DNA from: Malacoraja senta
Lineage: Eukaryota
Assembly (NCBI GenBank): GCA_038087875.1
Contig: CM075997.1
Span: 434,001-498,000, forward strand
Length of the DNA: 64,000 bases
Direction: 5' to 3'
The stretch's first letter is position 1; each line of letters opens with the position of its first letter. This document shows positions 13,008 through 25,600 of this stretch, one piece after another. The translations under genes and the position numbers were made by a program. Under the pieces are notes generated by a model that was given only the letters and a program-made list of their open reading frames with translations, had not been told where the DNA came from and did no database searches.

Positions 13008-14223
13008 TGTCACTGGGTCACTAGTTAGGGGGTCACTGGTTAGGGGGTCACTAGTTAGGGGGTCACTGGGGCTGTGGGGGTCACTGGGGCTGTGGGGGGT
13101 CACTAATTAGGGGGTCACTGGTTAGGGGGTCACTGAGGCTGTGGGGGTCACTAATTAGGGGGTCACTGGGGCTGTGGGGGTCACTAGTTAGGGGGTCGCT
13201 GGGTAACTAGTTAGGGGACACTGGGTCACTAGTTAGGGGGTCACTGGGGCTGTGGGGGTCACTAGTTAGGGGGTCACTGGGGCTGTGGGGGTCACTAGTT
13301 AGGGGGTCACTGGGGCTGTGGGGGTCACTGGTTAGGGGGTCACTGGGGCTGTGGGGGTCACTAGTTAGGGGGTCACTGGGGCTGTGGGGGTCACTAGTTA
13401 GGGGGTCACTGGGGCTGTGGGGGTCACTGGGGCTGTGGGGGTCACTAGTTAGGGGGTCACTGGGGCCGTGGGGGTCACTAGTTAGGGGGTCACTGGGGCT
13501 GTGGGGGTCACTGAGGCTGTGGGGGTCACTAGTTAGGGGGTCACTGGGGCTGTGGGGGTCACTAGTTAGGGGGTCACTGGGGCTGTGGGGGTCACTGGGG
13601 CTGTGGGGGTCACTAGTTAGGGGGTCACTGGGGCTGTGGGGGTCACTAGTTAGGGGGTCACTGGGGCTGTGGGGGTCACTAGTTAGGGGGTCACTGGGGC
13701 TGTGGGGGTCACTAGTTAGGGGGTCACTGGGGCTGTGGGGGTCACTGGGGCTGTGGGGGTCACTGGTTAGGGGGTCACTGGGGCTGTGGGGGTCACTAGT
13801 TAGGGGGTCACTGGGGCTGTGGGGGTCACTAGTTAGGGGGTCACTGGGGCTGTGGGGGTCACTGGGGCTGTGGGGGTCACTGGGGCTTAGGGGGTCACTG
13901 GGGCTGTGGGGGTCACTAGTTAGGGGGTCACTGGGGTCACTAGTTAGGGGGTCGCTGGGTAACTAGTTAGGGGGATACTGGGGCTGTGGGGGTCACTGGG
14001 TCAGTAGTTAGGGGGGGTCGCTTGGTCACTAGTTAGGGGGTCACTGGGTCACTAGTTAGGGGGTCGCTTGGTCACTAGTGAGGGGGTCACTAGTTAGGGG
14101 GTCACTGGGGCTGTGGGGGTCACTGGGTCACTAGTTAGGGGGGGTCGCTTGGTCACTAGTTAGGGGGGTCACTGGGTCACAAGTTAGGGGGTCGCTTGGT
14201 CACTAGTGAGGGGGTCACTAGTT
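13008..14223 (+). repeat. G-rich minisatellite of alternating GGGGGTCACTAGTTA and GGGGGTCACTGGGGCTGT units, running into the gap
   Basis: Direct tandem repetition over 1.2 kb. Confidence 0.97.
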
Positions 14224-14423
14224 NNNNNNNNNNNNNNNNNNNNNNNNNNNNNNNNNNNNNNNNNNNNNNNNNNNNNNNNNNNNNNNNNNNNNNNNNNNNN
14301 NNNNNNNNNNNNNNNNNNNNNNNNNNNNNNNNNNNNNNNNNNNNNNNNNNNNNNNNNNNNNNNNNNNNNNNNNNNNNNNNNNNNNNNNNNNNNNNNNNNN
14401 NNNNNNNNNNNNNNNNNNNNNNN
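14224..14423. other. Assembly gap (200 N)
   Basis: Run of N. Confidence 1.
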
Positions 14424-15212
14424 GCTTTCTCTGGGTGTTCCAGTTTTCTCACATTCTCCAAATATGTACAAGCTTGGAGGTTAATTGGCTTTGTTAAAAT
14501 TGGGCCAATTTGTGGAATAGTGTTTATGGGGGTTAATGGTTTGTGGGCCAAAGGTCCTGTTTCCTCACTGTATCTAAAGTCTAAAGGTGGAAGTCATCAC
14601 ACTGACTTTTTTAAGAGCTGAGTAATGGCCATTTGCTCAGCTCTATCAGATATCAAGAGTATATTATCATAAGTCCTGATTTGGAACAATGACACTCTTA
14701 CTTGCACCAGCAGCCCAACGGGTTTGTAAACACAGTACAGGCACTTTGCATTTTACGCAGGGGTTATGTTCCTGAAAAGCTGTGCGTAATTTAAAATGCG
14801 TTGAGTGCATTATTTAAAAAAAATACAGTAGACAACAATGCTGGAGAAACTCAGCGGGAGGCCCGAAACGTCATCTATTCCTTCGCTCCATAGATGCTGC
14901 CTCACCCGCTGAGTTTCTCCAGCATTTTTGTCTACCTTCGATTTTTCCAGCATCTGCAGTTCTTTCTTTAAAAAAAACAGTAGTTGATTTAGTTTATTGT
15001 CCCGTGTAGCGAGGTACAGTGAAAAGCTTTTGTTGCGTGGTATCCAGTCAGCGGAAAACAATACATGATTACAATTGAGCCATTCACAGTGTAAACCATG
15101 GTTATAATGGAATGTGCAGGAAGGAACTGCAGATGCTGGTTTAATTTGAAGACTGACACAAAAAGCTGGAGTAACTCAGCGGGACAGGCAGCATCTCTGG
15201 GGAGAAGGAATG

Positions 15213-15245
15213 GGCGACGTTTCGGGTCGAGACCCTTCTTCAGAC
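15213..15245 (-). ncRNA. Putative minimal type I hammerhead ribozyme motif in a Penelope-like repeat (representative copy)
   Basis: Minus strand reads GU-CUGAAGA-A-GGGU(CUCG)ACCC-GAAA-CG-UC-GCC. Confidence 0.6.
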
Positions 15246-15360
15246 ACGAAATGTCACCCATTCCTTCTCTCCATAGATGCTGCCTCACCCGCTGAGTTTC
15301 TCCAGAATTTTTGTCTGCCTAAGATGTTTGTTACATTGTTTGAAAGAGTTTAGTGTCCAG

Positions 15361-15491
15361 TGCCTTGTCAATGTCAATGCCTTGTCAATGTCAATGCCTT
15401 GTCAATGTCAATGCCTTGTCAATGTCCATGCCTTGTCAATGTCCATGCCTTGACAATGCCTTGTCAATGTCAATGCCTTGTCAATGTCAAT
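15361..15491 (+). repeat. Tandem repeat of about 17 bp (GCCTTGTCAATGTCAAT)
   Basis: About 7-8 visible copies. Confidence 0.9.
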
Positions 15492-16534
15492 AAGCTCTGC
15501 AGTGTAACTAGCAGCCTGTGTTCTTAAAGAGACAGTCTGCTATAACCAAAATCGGTTATAAAGAGGTCTGTAATAACAAGGGTTTATTGTACTGTAATAT
15601 AAATTAGGTTTTGGTATTTATTATTTCAAAAATTGCATAAATCACACATAAAACGGGAGGTGACTGTATTTGACTCTTTACCAAAGGGACGGGAGCGTTT
15701 GGGATACAGGGCCATAATGCATCCCCGTGGGCGAAAGAGAAGAGTTATTTTAGTTTAGTTAATATTTTGGCAGTGCCTGCCAATCCACCTGTGTGTTAAA
15801 AGGAACTCTACATCCCATGGGACTGGTTCTTGTCGTCGCCCGAGCCAGGCCACTCTCAGCGTGCTGGTCCCAGAAGTGGATCTGCAATCACTCACTCCAC
15901 TCGCTCCACTCCTTTAAACATCTACTGCAACAGCAGGTCGACACACAGAGGGTGGGTGTATGGAACAAGCTGCCAGAGGAGGTAGTTGAGGCTGGGGCCA
16001 TCCCATCGTTTAAGAAACAGTTGGACAGGTACATGGATAGGACGGGTTTGGAGGGATATGGACCAAACGCAGGCAAGTGGGACTAGTGTAGCTGGGGCAT
16101 GTTGGCCAGTATGGGCGAGTTGGGTAGTTGAGGCCAGTTCATTGGCTATATTTAAGAGGGAGTTAGATGTGGCCCTTGTGGCTAAAGGGATCAGGGGGTA
16201 TGGAGAGAAGGCAGGTACGGGATACTGAGTTGGATGATCAGCCATGATCATATTGAATGGCGGTGCAGGCTCGAAGGGCCGAATGGCCTACTCCTGCACC
16301 TATTTTCTATGTATCTATGTATCTAACAATAAAGCTTTTCAAGTCGTCAAGAGTCAAGAAAGTTTATTGTCATGTATCCCGGATAGGACAATGAAACTCT
16401 GGCTTGCTGCAGCACAACAGAATATTGTAGGCATAACTACAGATCAGTGTGTCCATATCACAGTGCCTCAGTGCAAGTGACGTTAAACCAAACTAACCAA
16501 ATAACACAGTGCAGTCTGATTCCCATTCAGATGT

Positions 16535-16809
16535 TCAAGAAGGAACTGCAGATGCTGGAAAATCGAAGGTGGGCAAAAATGCTGGAGAAACTCAGCGGGT
16601 GCAGCAGCATCTATGGAGCGAAGGAAATAGGCAACGTTTCGGGCCGAAACCCTGAAGGAAATAGGCAACGTTTCGGGCCGAAACACTGAAGGAAATAGGC
16701 AACGTTTCGGGCCGAAACCCGGAAGGGTTTCGGCCCGAAACGTTGCCTATTTCCTTCGCACCATAGATGCTGCTGCACCCGCTGAGTTTCTCTGGCATTT
16801 TTGTCTACC
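16535..16809. mobile_element. Inverted-repeat Penelope-like element derivative with 14-bp TSD
   Basis: TCCCATTCAGATGT at 16521-16534 and 16810-16823. Inverted arms are asymmetric. Confidence 0.7.
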
Positions 16810-16943
16810 TCCCATTCAGATGTGCAGTCTCAGTGACTATTTCTTCTCCCATTCTTTCTCCAGCGATGTTGCCCGTCCCGCTGAGCTACGCGAACATTTT
16901 TTGTCTTATCTTCACTGAATATTTGCTTTTTGAATCTTTCTAG

Positions 16944-17045
16944 GATGCCGTGGCAGGGTGATACAAATAACATGATCGATCGATTTGACGTCCGCGCACA
17001 TCTTGATTATATTCCAGAGTACACACCACCTTTCCTCATAGAACT
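16944..17045 (+). CDS. CLASRP: CLK4-associating SR-rich protein, coding exon (about human exon 4)
   Basis: ag|g MPWQGDTNNMIDRFDVRAHLDYIPEYTPPFLIE|gtgagt; SWAP/DRY_EERY-type domain. Confidence 0.96.
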
Positions 17046-19719
17046 GTGAGTATCCCTGTACGGGACGTTATTGGTCACACGTACTGAGGTACAGTCAATG
17101 GTCAATAGACAATAGGTGCAGGAGTAGGCCATTCGGCCCTTCGAGCCAGCACCGCCATTCAATGTGATCATGGCTGATCATCCACAATGAAATTCATAGT
17201 CATAGTCAACAGGCCCTTTGGCCCAATATGCTCACGGTTCGATCCTGACTGGCCGTGCTGTCTGCGCGGAGTTTGCCCGTTCTCCCTGTCACCACGTGGG
17301 TTTCCGACGGGTGTTCGAGTTTCCTTCCAGATCCTAAAGACGTGTGAGAAGGAACTGCAGATACAGGATAAAATTGAAGGGAAACACAAAATGCTGGAGT
17401 AACTCAGCGGGACAGGCAGCATCTATGGAGAGAAGGAATGGGTGACGTTTCAGGTCGAGACCCTGCAGATGCTGCCGCACCCGCTTAGTTACTCCAACAT
17501 TTTGTGTCTACCTGCGGGCTTGTAGGTTAATTGTCCCCTCTGTAAATTGCCCTGAGTGTAGGGAGTGGATGAGAAGGTGGGATAACATTGAGCTTGGTTG
17601 ATTTCAGTGGTGGTGGCCGAAGGGCCTGTTTCCATGCTGTATCTCTAAACTGAACCAAACAGCAGCGACCTATTAAGTTACACCCACAGGGAGAATAGGA
17701 TGTGGAGGGAAGCTTGAGCACCCTGGGGAGTACGAGAAAACTCCACACAGACAGCACGGGGGGTCAGGAGTAAGCCCTGGCCTCTGGAGCTGAGAGGCAG
17801 CTGGTCTACCACTTTACAGAAGCCCGTTAACTTGCAAACCTGCGCGTCTTTGGAGTGTGCGAGGAAACCAGAGTACCCGGAGAAAACCCACACAGTCACG
17901 GGGAGAACGTACAAACTCAACACAGACAGCACCCAGGATCGAAGACTGGTCTCTAAGGCGACATCTTATTGCTAACGGAATCCAGGGATATGGGGAGAAA
18001 GCAGGAACGGGGTACTGATTTTGGATGATCTGCCATGATCATATTGAATGGCGGTGCTGGCTCGAAGGGCTGAACGGCCTGCTCCTGCACCTGTTTTTTA
18101 ATGTTTCTATCTGCACCCCTACACGGCAGTCGCGGTGGTCGAGGGGATGTTCGAGGTCTCAGCATTGCCCCAGCTTCCTGATTTATTCCCGCACAAATTA
18201 GAGGTACAGTGCCTTGTATCTCGTTGGGCAGCTTACACTGCAGCGGTACGAACACGGATTTCTCTCATTTCTCTGGCGTGAAAAATATACATCTGCTAGA
18301 TGCGCTGGGACGCATCCTCAGTGATGTGACCTGGGATCATCGGGTGTTTCGGGTATCACAACATCAGACACTGTCGCCCAGGCGACCCAACCGGGGTTGA
18401 TCAGGCCCCGACTTGTGTCCCAGCAGCAACCGCCCACAGATCAGCCATCTTAATAACTACTCTGCAGGGGTTGGGAGACTCTAGTGCGTGGAGGGACTGG
18501 GCTCTGTGGGGCTCCTCCTGGCCAGGCTCCTCCTGCGTCTCACCAGGTTCAAGGCCTGTGCGCTGTGAGGCAGCAACTCTGCTGCCCTGCCTACAGATCA
18601 GTAATTGCCTTGCGGAGAAAAGGAGGTTTTTAACCTGGATAAATAAGAGTACGTTGGAGGTGCTTGCAACTATCTGGAGCACCTGTTGTTCATCTTTAAA
18701 TGGTAATTATTTATGAGACATAACAAGGCAAACATTGACCTGGGCTCTGGGAGTGACAGCAAATGGGCACATCAATACAGGTGGTGACTTGCACAAGCTT
18801 ACCTGGAGAGCTGCAAGCCCAAACACACCTTCTATTAAAGTAACCATGTTCAGGTGTGTTTGCTGAACAAATACACTCGTAGACGTTTTTGGCAGCGAAG
18901 GGAACCATTTGGCCTGTTGTACACAAGCCATCCCATCTCATTCTGCCTTCCTGCTCCTGCTCAGTAGTTTTGTCGGCTACTGCAGATTAAATGGTTTCCG
19001 CTGGAACTTTGTGGAATATCCAGCCCGCCCTGCAATCGGTCTGAGGTTAGCGTTTGCCAGCGCTGGGCCTGTACTCGCTGGAGCTTAGAAGGTTGAGGGG
19101 GGGACCTCACTGAAACTTACAGAATAGTCAAAGGACTAGATGGAGTGGATGTGGAGAGGATGTTTCCATTAGCGGGAGAGTCTAGGACCAGACCATCTGA
19201 CAGTTATGCCCTCTGGTTTTTGACATTTCCAACCTGAGAAAACGTTTCTGACTGTCTACCTTGTCAATGCTTCTCATCGTGTTATATGTATGTAATATTT
19301 GTCATATCATTGCTGTGGTGACCCGTTGTCTTGTCTTAACACATTTCATTGTACGTTGACCCTGTGTTAACCTACATATGACAAATAAAACTGAACTGAA
19401 CTGAACTGATATACAACTGACAGCCGGTCACCCCATAACCTCCCACGCTCCAGAGAAAAACAGTCCAAGTCTGTCCAGCCTCTTCCCGTAGCCGATCCCC
19501 TCTAATCCAGGCAGCGTCTGGTCACGACTTCACACTCTCCAAAAGCCTTCACATCCTTCTAGTCATGAGTTGACTAGAACTGTACATGATACTACAGATG
19601 CTGCCTTTGAAGCTGCGAATAGACACAAAAGGTAGACAAAAATGCTGGAGAAATTCAGCGGGTGCAGCAGCATCTATGAAGCGAAGGAAATAGGCAACGT
19701 TTCGGGACGAAACCCGGAA

Positions 19720-20059
19720 GGGTTTCGGCCCGAAACGTTGCCTATTTCCTTCAGGGTTTTCTGCCCGAAACGTTGCCTATTTCCTTCAGGGTTTCGGCCC
19801 GAAACGTTGCCTATTTCCTTCAGGGTTTCGGCCCGAAACGTTGCCTATTTCCTTCAGGGTTTCGGCCCGAAACGTTGCCTATTTCCTTCAGGGTTTCGGC
19901 CCAAAACGTTGCCTATTTCCTTCAGGGTTTCGGCCCGAAACGTTGCCTATTTCCTTCAGGGTTTCGGCCCGAAACGTTGCCTATTTCCTTCAGCGGTTTC
20001 GGCCCGAAACGTTGCCTATTTCCTTCAGGGTTTCGGCCCGAAACGTTGCCTATTTCCTT
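19720..20059 (+). repeat. About 10 tandem copies of a 34-bp unit GGGTTTCGGCCCGAAACGTTGCCTATTTCCTTCA inside an inverted-repeat element
   Basis: Direct tandem repetition. Confidence 0.95.
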
Positions 20060-20706
20060 CGCTCCATAGATGCTGCTGCACCCGCTGAGTTTCTCCAGCA
20101 TTTTTGTCTACCTTCGATTTAGCAGCATCTGCAGATCCAGCTTGAATAGACACAAAACACTGCAGTAACTCAGCGGGGTCAGGCAGCATCTATGGACAAA
20201 AAGGAATAGGTGACCCTTCTTCAGACCGGCAAAGCTGCACGTCTCAGCACGTTGTCTGCTTGTATTGCCACTTTCGGAGAGTAATGGACGCATCTACCGC
20301 ACGATCCCTCCGCATATCAATGCTGTTAAAAGTCTTGCCGTTACCCGTATACTTCCCCCGTCAAAGCTGCCACAGCCAGAAATAAAAACATTTTTTATCC
20401 ACGAGTAGTTGCTCTACTCAACAGCCAAAAATCTGTAGCCTCCCTTTGATCTGGTATTTTGTTGGTTCACCTGCTTGATCAATGGCGTTTTCTCATTATT
20501 ATTATTAATGTTTAGTGTTTTCTGAGTCATTCGTAACTGTCACTGTGTGTCATGTTGTTACTTGTGGGCGGAGCACCAAGGCAAATTCCTTGTATGTGAA
20601 TACTTGGCCAATAAACTTACTTACTTACTTACATTCGACCTGAAGTGCGGCACAAACGGCACGCTGTTTAAAAGAGGTTGTTTGGAATATCTTTTCTTGT
20701 TTCCAG

Positions 20707-20786
20707 CTCTCCAGAACTCGACAATGACGAACGGAAGTGCAATTACGAGCGATATCGAGGTCTTGTTCAGAACGACTTTGCCGGCA
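20707..20786 (+). CDS. CLASRP: CLASRP coding exon (about exon 5)
   Basis: SPELDNDERKCNYERYRGLVQNDFAG; ag/gtaagt; phases 2 to 1. Confidence 0.96.
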
Positions 20787-20904
20787 GTAAGTGTTGAAAC
20801 GTTTATTCACAGATGGGGCCCGCTCGTCTGTCGCTGAATTTATCGTTGCTTTTATCCCCCGTAATCATTCAGTGAGTAAAATCCATGACTTGATTGTATC
20901 AGAT

Positions 20905-21660
20905 CAAACATAGAAACATAGAAAATAGGTGCAGGAGTAGGCCATTCGGCCCTTCGAGCCAGCACCGCCATTCAATATGATCATGGCTGATACATAGAAA
21001 CATAGAAAATAGGTGCAGGAGTAGGCCATTCGGCCCTTCGAGCCTGCACCGCCATTCAATATGATCATGGCTGATCATCCAACTCAGTATCCCGTACCTG
21101 CCTTCTCTCCATACCCCGATCCCTTTAGCCACAAGGGCCACATCTAACTCCCTCTTAAATATAGCCAATGAACTGGCCTCAACTACCCTCTGTGGCAGAG
21201 AGTTCCAGAGATTCACCACTCTCCGTGTGAAAAAGTTTTTTCTCATCTCGGTCTTAAAGGATTTCCCCCTTATCCTTAAGCTGTGACCCCTTGTCCTGGA
21301 CTTCCCCAACATCGGGTACAATCTTCCTGCATCTAGCCTGTCCAACCCGATAAGAATCTTGTAAGTTTCTATAAGATCCCCTCTCAATCTCCTAAATTCT
21401 AGCGAGTATAAGCCAAGTCTATCCAGTCTTTCTTCATATGAAAGTCCTGACATCCCAGGAATCAGTCTGGTGAACCTTCTCTGCACTCCCTCTATGGCTA
21501 TAATGCCCTTCCTCAGATTTGGAGACCAAAACTGTACGCAATACTCCAGGTGTGGTCTCCCCAAGACCCTGTACAACTGCAGTAGAACCTCCCTGCTCCT
21601 ATACTCAAATCCTTTTGCTATGAAAGCTACCATACCATTCGCTTTCTTCACTGCCTGCTG
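20905..21660 (-). mobile_element. CR1-like LINE 3' fragment
   Basis: Encodes KKANGMVAFIAKGFEYRSREVLLQLY...HLEYCVQFWSP...RTRGHSLRI...RVVNLWNSLP, followed by a 3'UTR and (TTTCTATG)n tail. Confidence 0.9.
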
Positions 21661-22469
21661 ATCATCCACAATCAGTAACCCGTTCCTGCTTTCTCCCCAT
21701 ATCCCTTGATTCCGTTATCCCTAAGAGCTAAATCTAACTCTCTCTTGAATACATCCAGAGAATCGGCCTCCACTGCCTTCTGTGACAGAGAATTCCACAG
21801 ATTCACAACTCTCTGGGTGAAAACGTTTTTCCTCAACTCAGTCCTAAATGACCTACCCCTTATTCTTAAACTGTGTGACCCCTGGTTCTGGACTCCCCCC
21901 ACCCCCCGAACATCGGGAATGTTTTTCCTGCATCTAGCCTGTCCAATCCCTTAAGAATTTTATATGTTTCTATAAGATCCCCTCTCATCCTTCTAAATTC
22001 CAGTGAATACAAGCCCAGTCGATCTGTTTTTCATAATGGTAATCGTGATATATTAGCCAAGTATGTTTTGCAACGTACGAGGAATTTCATTTGCCATACA
22101 GCCATACTAAAAAAGCTACAAGACACATCTACATAATAACATTAAAAAATTAACATAAACATCCACCACAGCAGCTCCGCCACATTCCCACTGTGATGGA
22201 AGGCAATAAAGTCGTATCTTTCTTTCTCCTTTTCTCCCGCTGTCGGGGGAGTCGAGCCATCCGCAGTCGGGGCGATCGAAGCTCCTGCAGCTGGCGATCA
22301 AAGCTCCCATGGGGATGAGAGGGAGAGATAGATCAGCCATGGTTGAATGGCAGAGTAGGCTTGATGGGCCGAATGGCCTAATTCTGCTCCGATCACTTGT
22401 GACCCGATGCATTGCCCATGTGGGTGTCGGTTCCCGGGCATTCATCCCGTCTGTTCCTTTGTGTTTCAG

Positions 22470-22554
22470 TTGCGGAGGAGCAGTGCCTGTACCAGATCTA
22501 CATCGACGAGCTGTACGGGGGTATGCAGAAACCTAACGAGGACGAGAAGAAGAA
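22470..22554 (+). CDS. CLASRP: CLASRP coding exon (about exon 6)
   Basis: IAEEQCLYQIYIDELYGGMQKPNEDEKKK; ag/gtatgt; phases 1 to 2. Confidence 0.96.
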
Positions 22555-23659
22555 GTATGTGCAGAATCCAGGGGGAGGGAGGGTGGAAGAATGGAACAGC
22601 AAGTAGCTATGCATTGTCTTTGTATGTTGTTGCCCCGACTCTCTCCCTGGGGGCACTGGTAGCCAGCCGAGTGGACCCAGGTTTGTGCCGAGCGACTTTA
22701 GTTTAGTTTAGAGATACAGCACGGAAACAGGCCCTTCGGCCCACCTGGTCCGCGCCGACCAGCGATCCCCGCACACTAACACTATCCTACACCCACCAGG
22801 GACAATTTTTCATTTACCAAGCCAATTAACTTACAAACCTGTACGTCTTTGGAGTGTGGGAGGAAACCGGAGCACCCGGAGAAAACCCACGCAGGTGACG
22901 GGGAGAACGTGCAAACTCCGTACAGACAGCACCCGTTGTCGGGATGGAACCCAAAATTCAGAAGGATGAGAGGAGATCTTATATAACATTTTTAAGGGAT
23001 TGGACAGGCTAGATGCAGGAAAAATGTTCCCCATGTTGGGAGAGTCCAGAACCAGGGGTCACAGTTTAAGAATAAGGGGGTCAGCCATTTCAGACTGAGA
23101 TGAGGAAAAACGTTTTCACCCAGAGAGTTGTGAATCTGTGGAATTCTCTGTCACAGAAGGCAGTGGAGGCCAAATCACTGGATGTTTTCAAGAGAGAGTT
23201 AGATTTAGCTATTCGGGCTAACGGAATCAAGGGATATGGGGAGAAGGCAGGAACGGGGTACTGATTGTGGATGATCAGCCATGATCATATTGAATGGCGG
23301 TGCAGGCTCGAAGGGCTGAATGGCCTACTCCTGCACCTATTTTCTATGTTTCTATGTCTCCGGCACTGCAAGCGCTGGTAAGGCAGCAACTCTACCGCGG
23401 CACTACCGTAGTCTCCGATATTCCTCGGCATTTGAGTCACCAAACCATCCACGCATCGTGCCTCTTTCTGCAATCAAATCCAACGTTGCGCACTGGTGGG
23501 GCCAGATCTACACGTGCCGTGAAGGAATCACTGTGTGTGTGTGTAAATAATAATTCGTTTTGTCGTTCTTCCTGAAACATTTCCTGGACAAATCGGTCAG
23601 CTTGGCCAAACGCCCCACTGACTGACCTGTTTATCCACCTCCCCCCCCCCCCCCCCCAG

Positions 23660-23802
23660 GTTGGCGGAGAAGAAAGCCTCGATCGGGTACACCTACGAAG
23701 ACTGCTCGGTAACCACGGAGGAGAAGCCCGAGGAGCGGGATGGGGACTTCGACGAGGACTCGGATGAGAAGAGTGATTCAGACGAAGAGATACCAGACAT
23801 AG
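23660..23802 (+). CDS. CLASRP: CLASRP coding exon (about exon 7)
   Basis: LAEKKASIGYTYEDCSV...DSDEEIPDI; ag/gtgagg; phases 2 to 1. Confidence 0.96.
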
Positions 23803-25503
23803 GTGAGGCACAGGTGATACCAGTCATAGGTTGTTGCAGCCTGAAGACTGCAACGTCCAGGTTCAGGAATAGCTACTTCCCCACAGCCATCAGGCTATTA
23901 AACTTGGCTCGGACAATACTCTGAACATTAATAGCCCATTATCTGTTATTTGCACTTTATCAGTTTATTTATTCATGCGTGTACATATTTATATAATGGT
24001 ATATGGACACACTGATCTGTTTTGTAGTCAATGCCTACTATGTTCTGTTGTGCTGAAGCAAAGCAAGAATTTCATTGTCCTATCAGGGACACATGACAAT
24101 AAACTCACTTGAGGTGGACACAAAATGCTGGAGAAACTCAGCAGGTGAGGCAGCATCTATGGAGAGAAGATGTGGGTGAGGTTTCGGGTCGAGACCTGGG
24201 CAACCACTGGGGAACTAAAAGGGAAGTTTTGTCAGGGTGCTGCTGAAAATATTCACCAGTTAATTCATAACAATAAAGGTCACATTTCCAACCCCAGATG
24301 GACACAAATAGCTGGAGTAACTCAGTGGGACGGGCAGCATCTCTGGAGAAAAAGAATAGGTGACGTTTCGGGAGGGAATCCTTCTGGAGTTAAGGGTTCC
24401 GACCCGAAATGTCACCTATTTTTATTCTCCAGATATGCTGCCTGACCCGCTGAGTTACTCCAGCATTTTGTCTATCCTGGATATTTAGTTTAGTTTAGAG
24501 AAACAGGCCCTTCGGCCCACCGAGTCCGCACCGACCAGCGATCCCCGCACATTAACACTACCCTACACACACTAGGAACAATTTACATTTACACCAAGAC
24601 AATTAACCTGCAAACCTGCATGACTTTGGGAGGAAACCGAAGATCTCGGAGAAAACCCCCAGGCGGGCACGGGGAGAAGGTACAAACTCCGTACAGACAG
24701 AACCCGTAGTCAGGATGGAACCTGGGTCTCTGGCGCTGTGAGGCAGCAACTCTACCGCTGCGCCACTGTGATATAAACCAGCATCTGCATTTCCTTCCTG
24801 CTCAAACAGCTCCATTCTCTTTCCAGAAAAAAAAAGATCTGAGAAAGTTAATAAAGCTGCAAAGTAAATAATCTGGCAAATCTGAAATATGTTCATAAAG
24901 GACAAAGTACTGGTTAATTATTGAAACGGAGGAACCTCAATGGAAATTCCTTCTCGCCGGGCATCGGTACCCACAAGCACGAGTTGCTAATTAACCTACA
25001 GTGGACCTCAAGGTGAATGGATGTTCTGTTTGGTTTTGTCAGGCAGCATGTGACACAGATAAGCGGAGGCAAGGACATTGCTTCAGGGCAAGTCACATTG
25101 GAACGACTTCCAAAGTTAGATTTTTTTTTGTTTAACGCAAGGAGACACAGCAGGCAACTTGAAAGATAGACTTAGAGTCATAGAGTGATACAGCCTGGAA
25201 ACTTGCCCTTCGGCCAAACTTGCCCACATAGCGCAGTTACACTAGTCCCACTTGCCTGCATTAGTTCCATATCCCTCTAAACCTGCCCGAACCATGAACC
25301 TAATAAAGCTCTTTTGTGTCCAAACCGTTGGACTCCTCTACTCCAGAAATCTGTGAGGCAGAATCATTGAATGTGCTCAGGACAGAAGCCAACATAAAAA
25401 GCAGTCAAGTACCGTGGTGTTTTTTTAACTATCGAGCTGTTTGGTGCCAGTTTAGGTCGCTGCTGGTTGAAGGTTTCTGAATGTTTTGCTTGCTGCCCTC
25501 TAG

Positions 25504-25600
25504 ATGTGGAGGTGGACGTCGATGAATTAAACGCTGAGCAAACGTTGGAGTTGAACAAACTGGCCACCACCTATGGGATGTCCGAAGGTGACTTTGTCAG
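25504..25600 (+). CDS. CLASRP: CLASRP coding exon (about exon 8)
   Basis: DVEVDVDELNAEQTLELNKLATTYGMSEGDFVR; ag/gtgagg; phases 1 to 2. Confidence 0.96.

Noticed and set aside
12471..13110. Pro-rich and Gly-rich ORFs over the promoter
   Set aside because: Produced by the GC-rich promoter and G-run repeats; no recognisable protein.
13008..14223. Interstitial telomere
   Set aside because: TTAGGG occurs only singly within 15-18 bp units, never as tandem hexamers.
19642..20122. CRISPR-like array of palindromic 34-bp repeats, and its repetitive ORFs
   Set aside because: No unique spacers and no cas genes, in a vertebrate intron. It is a tandem amplification of a TE segment.
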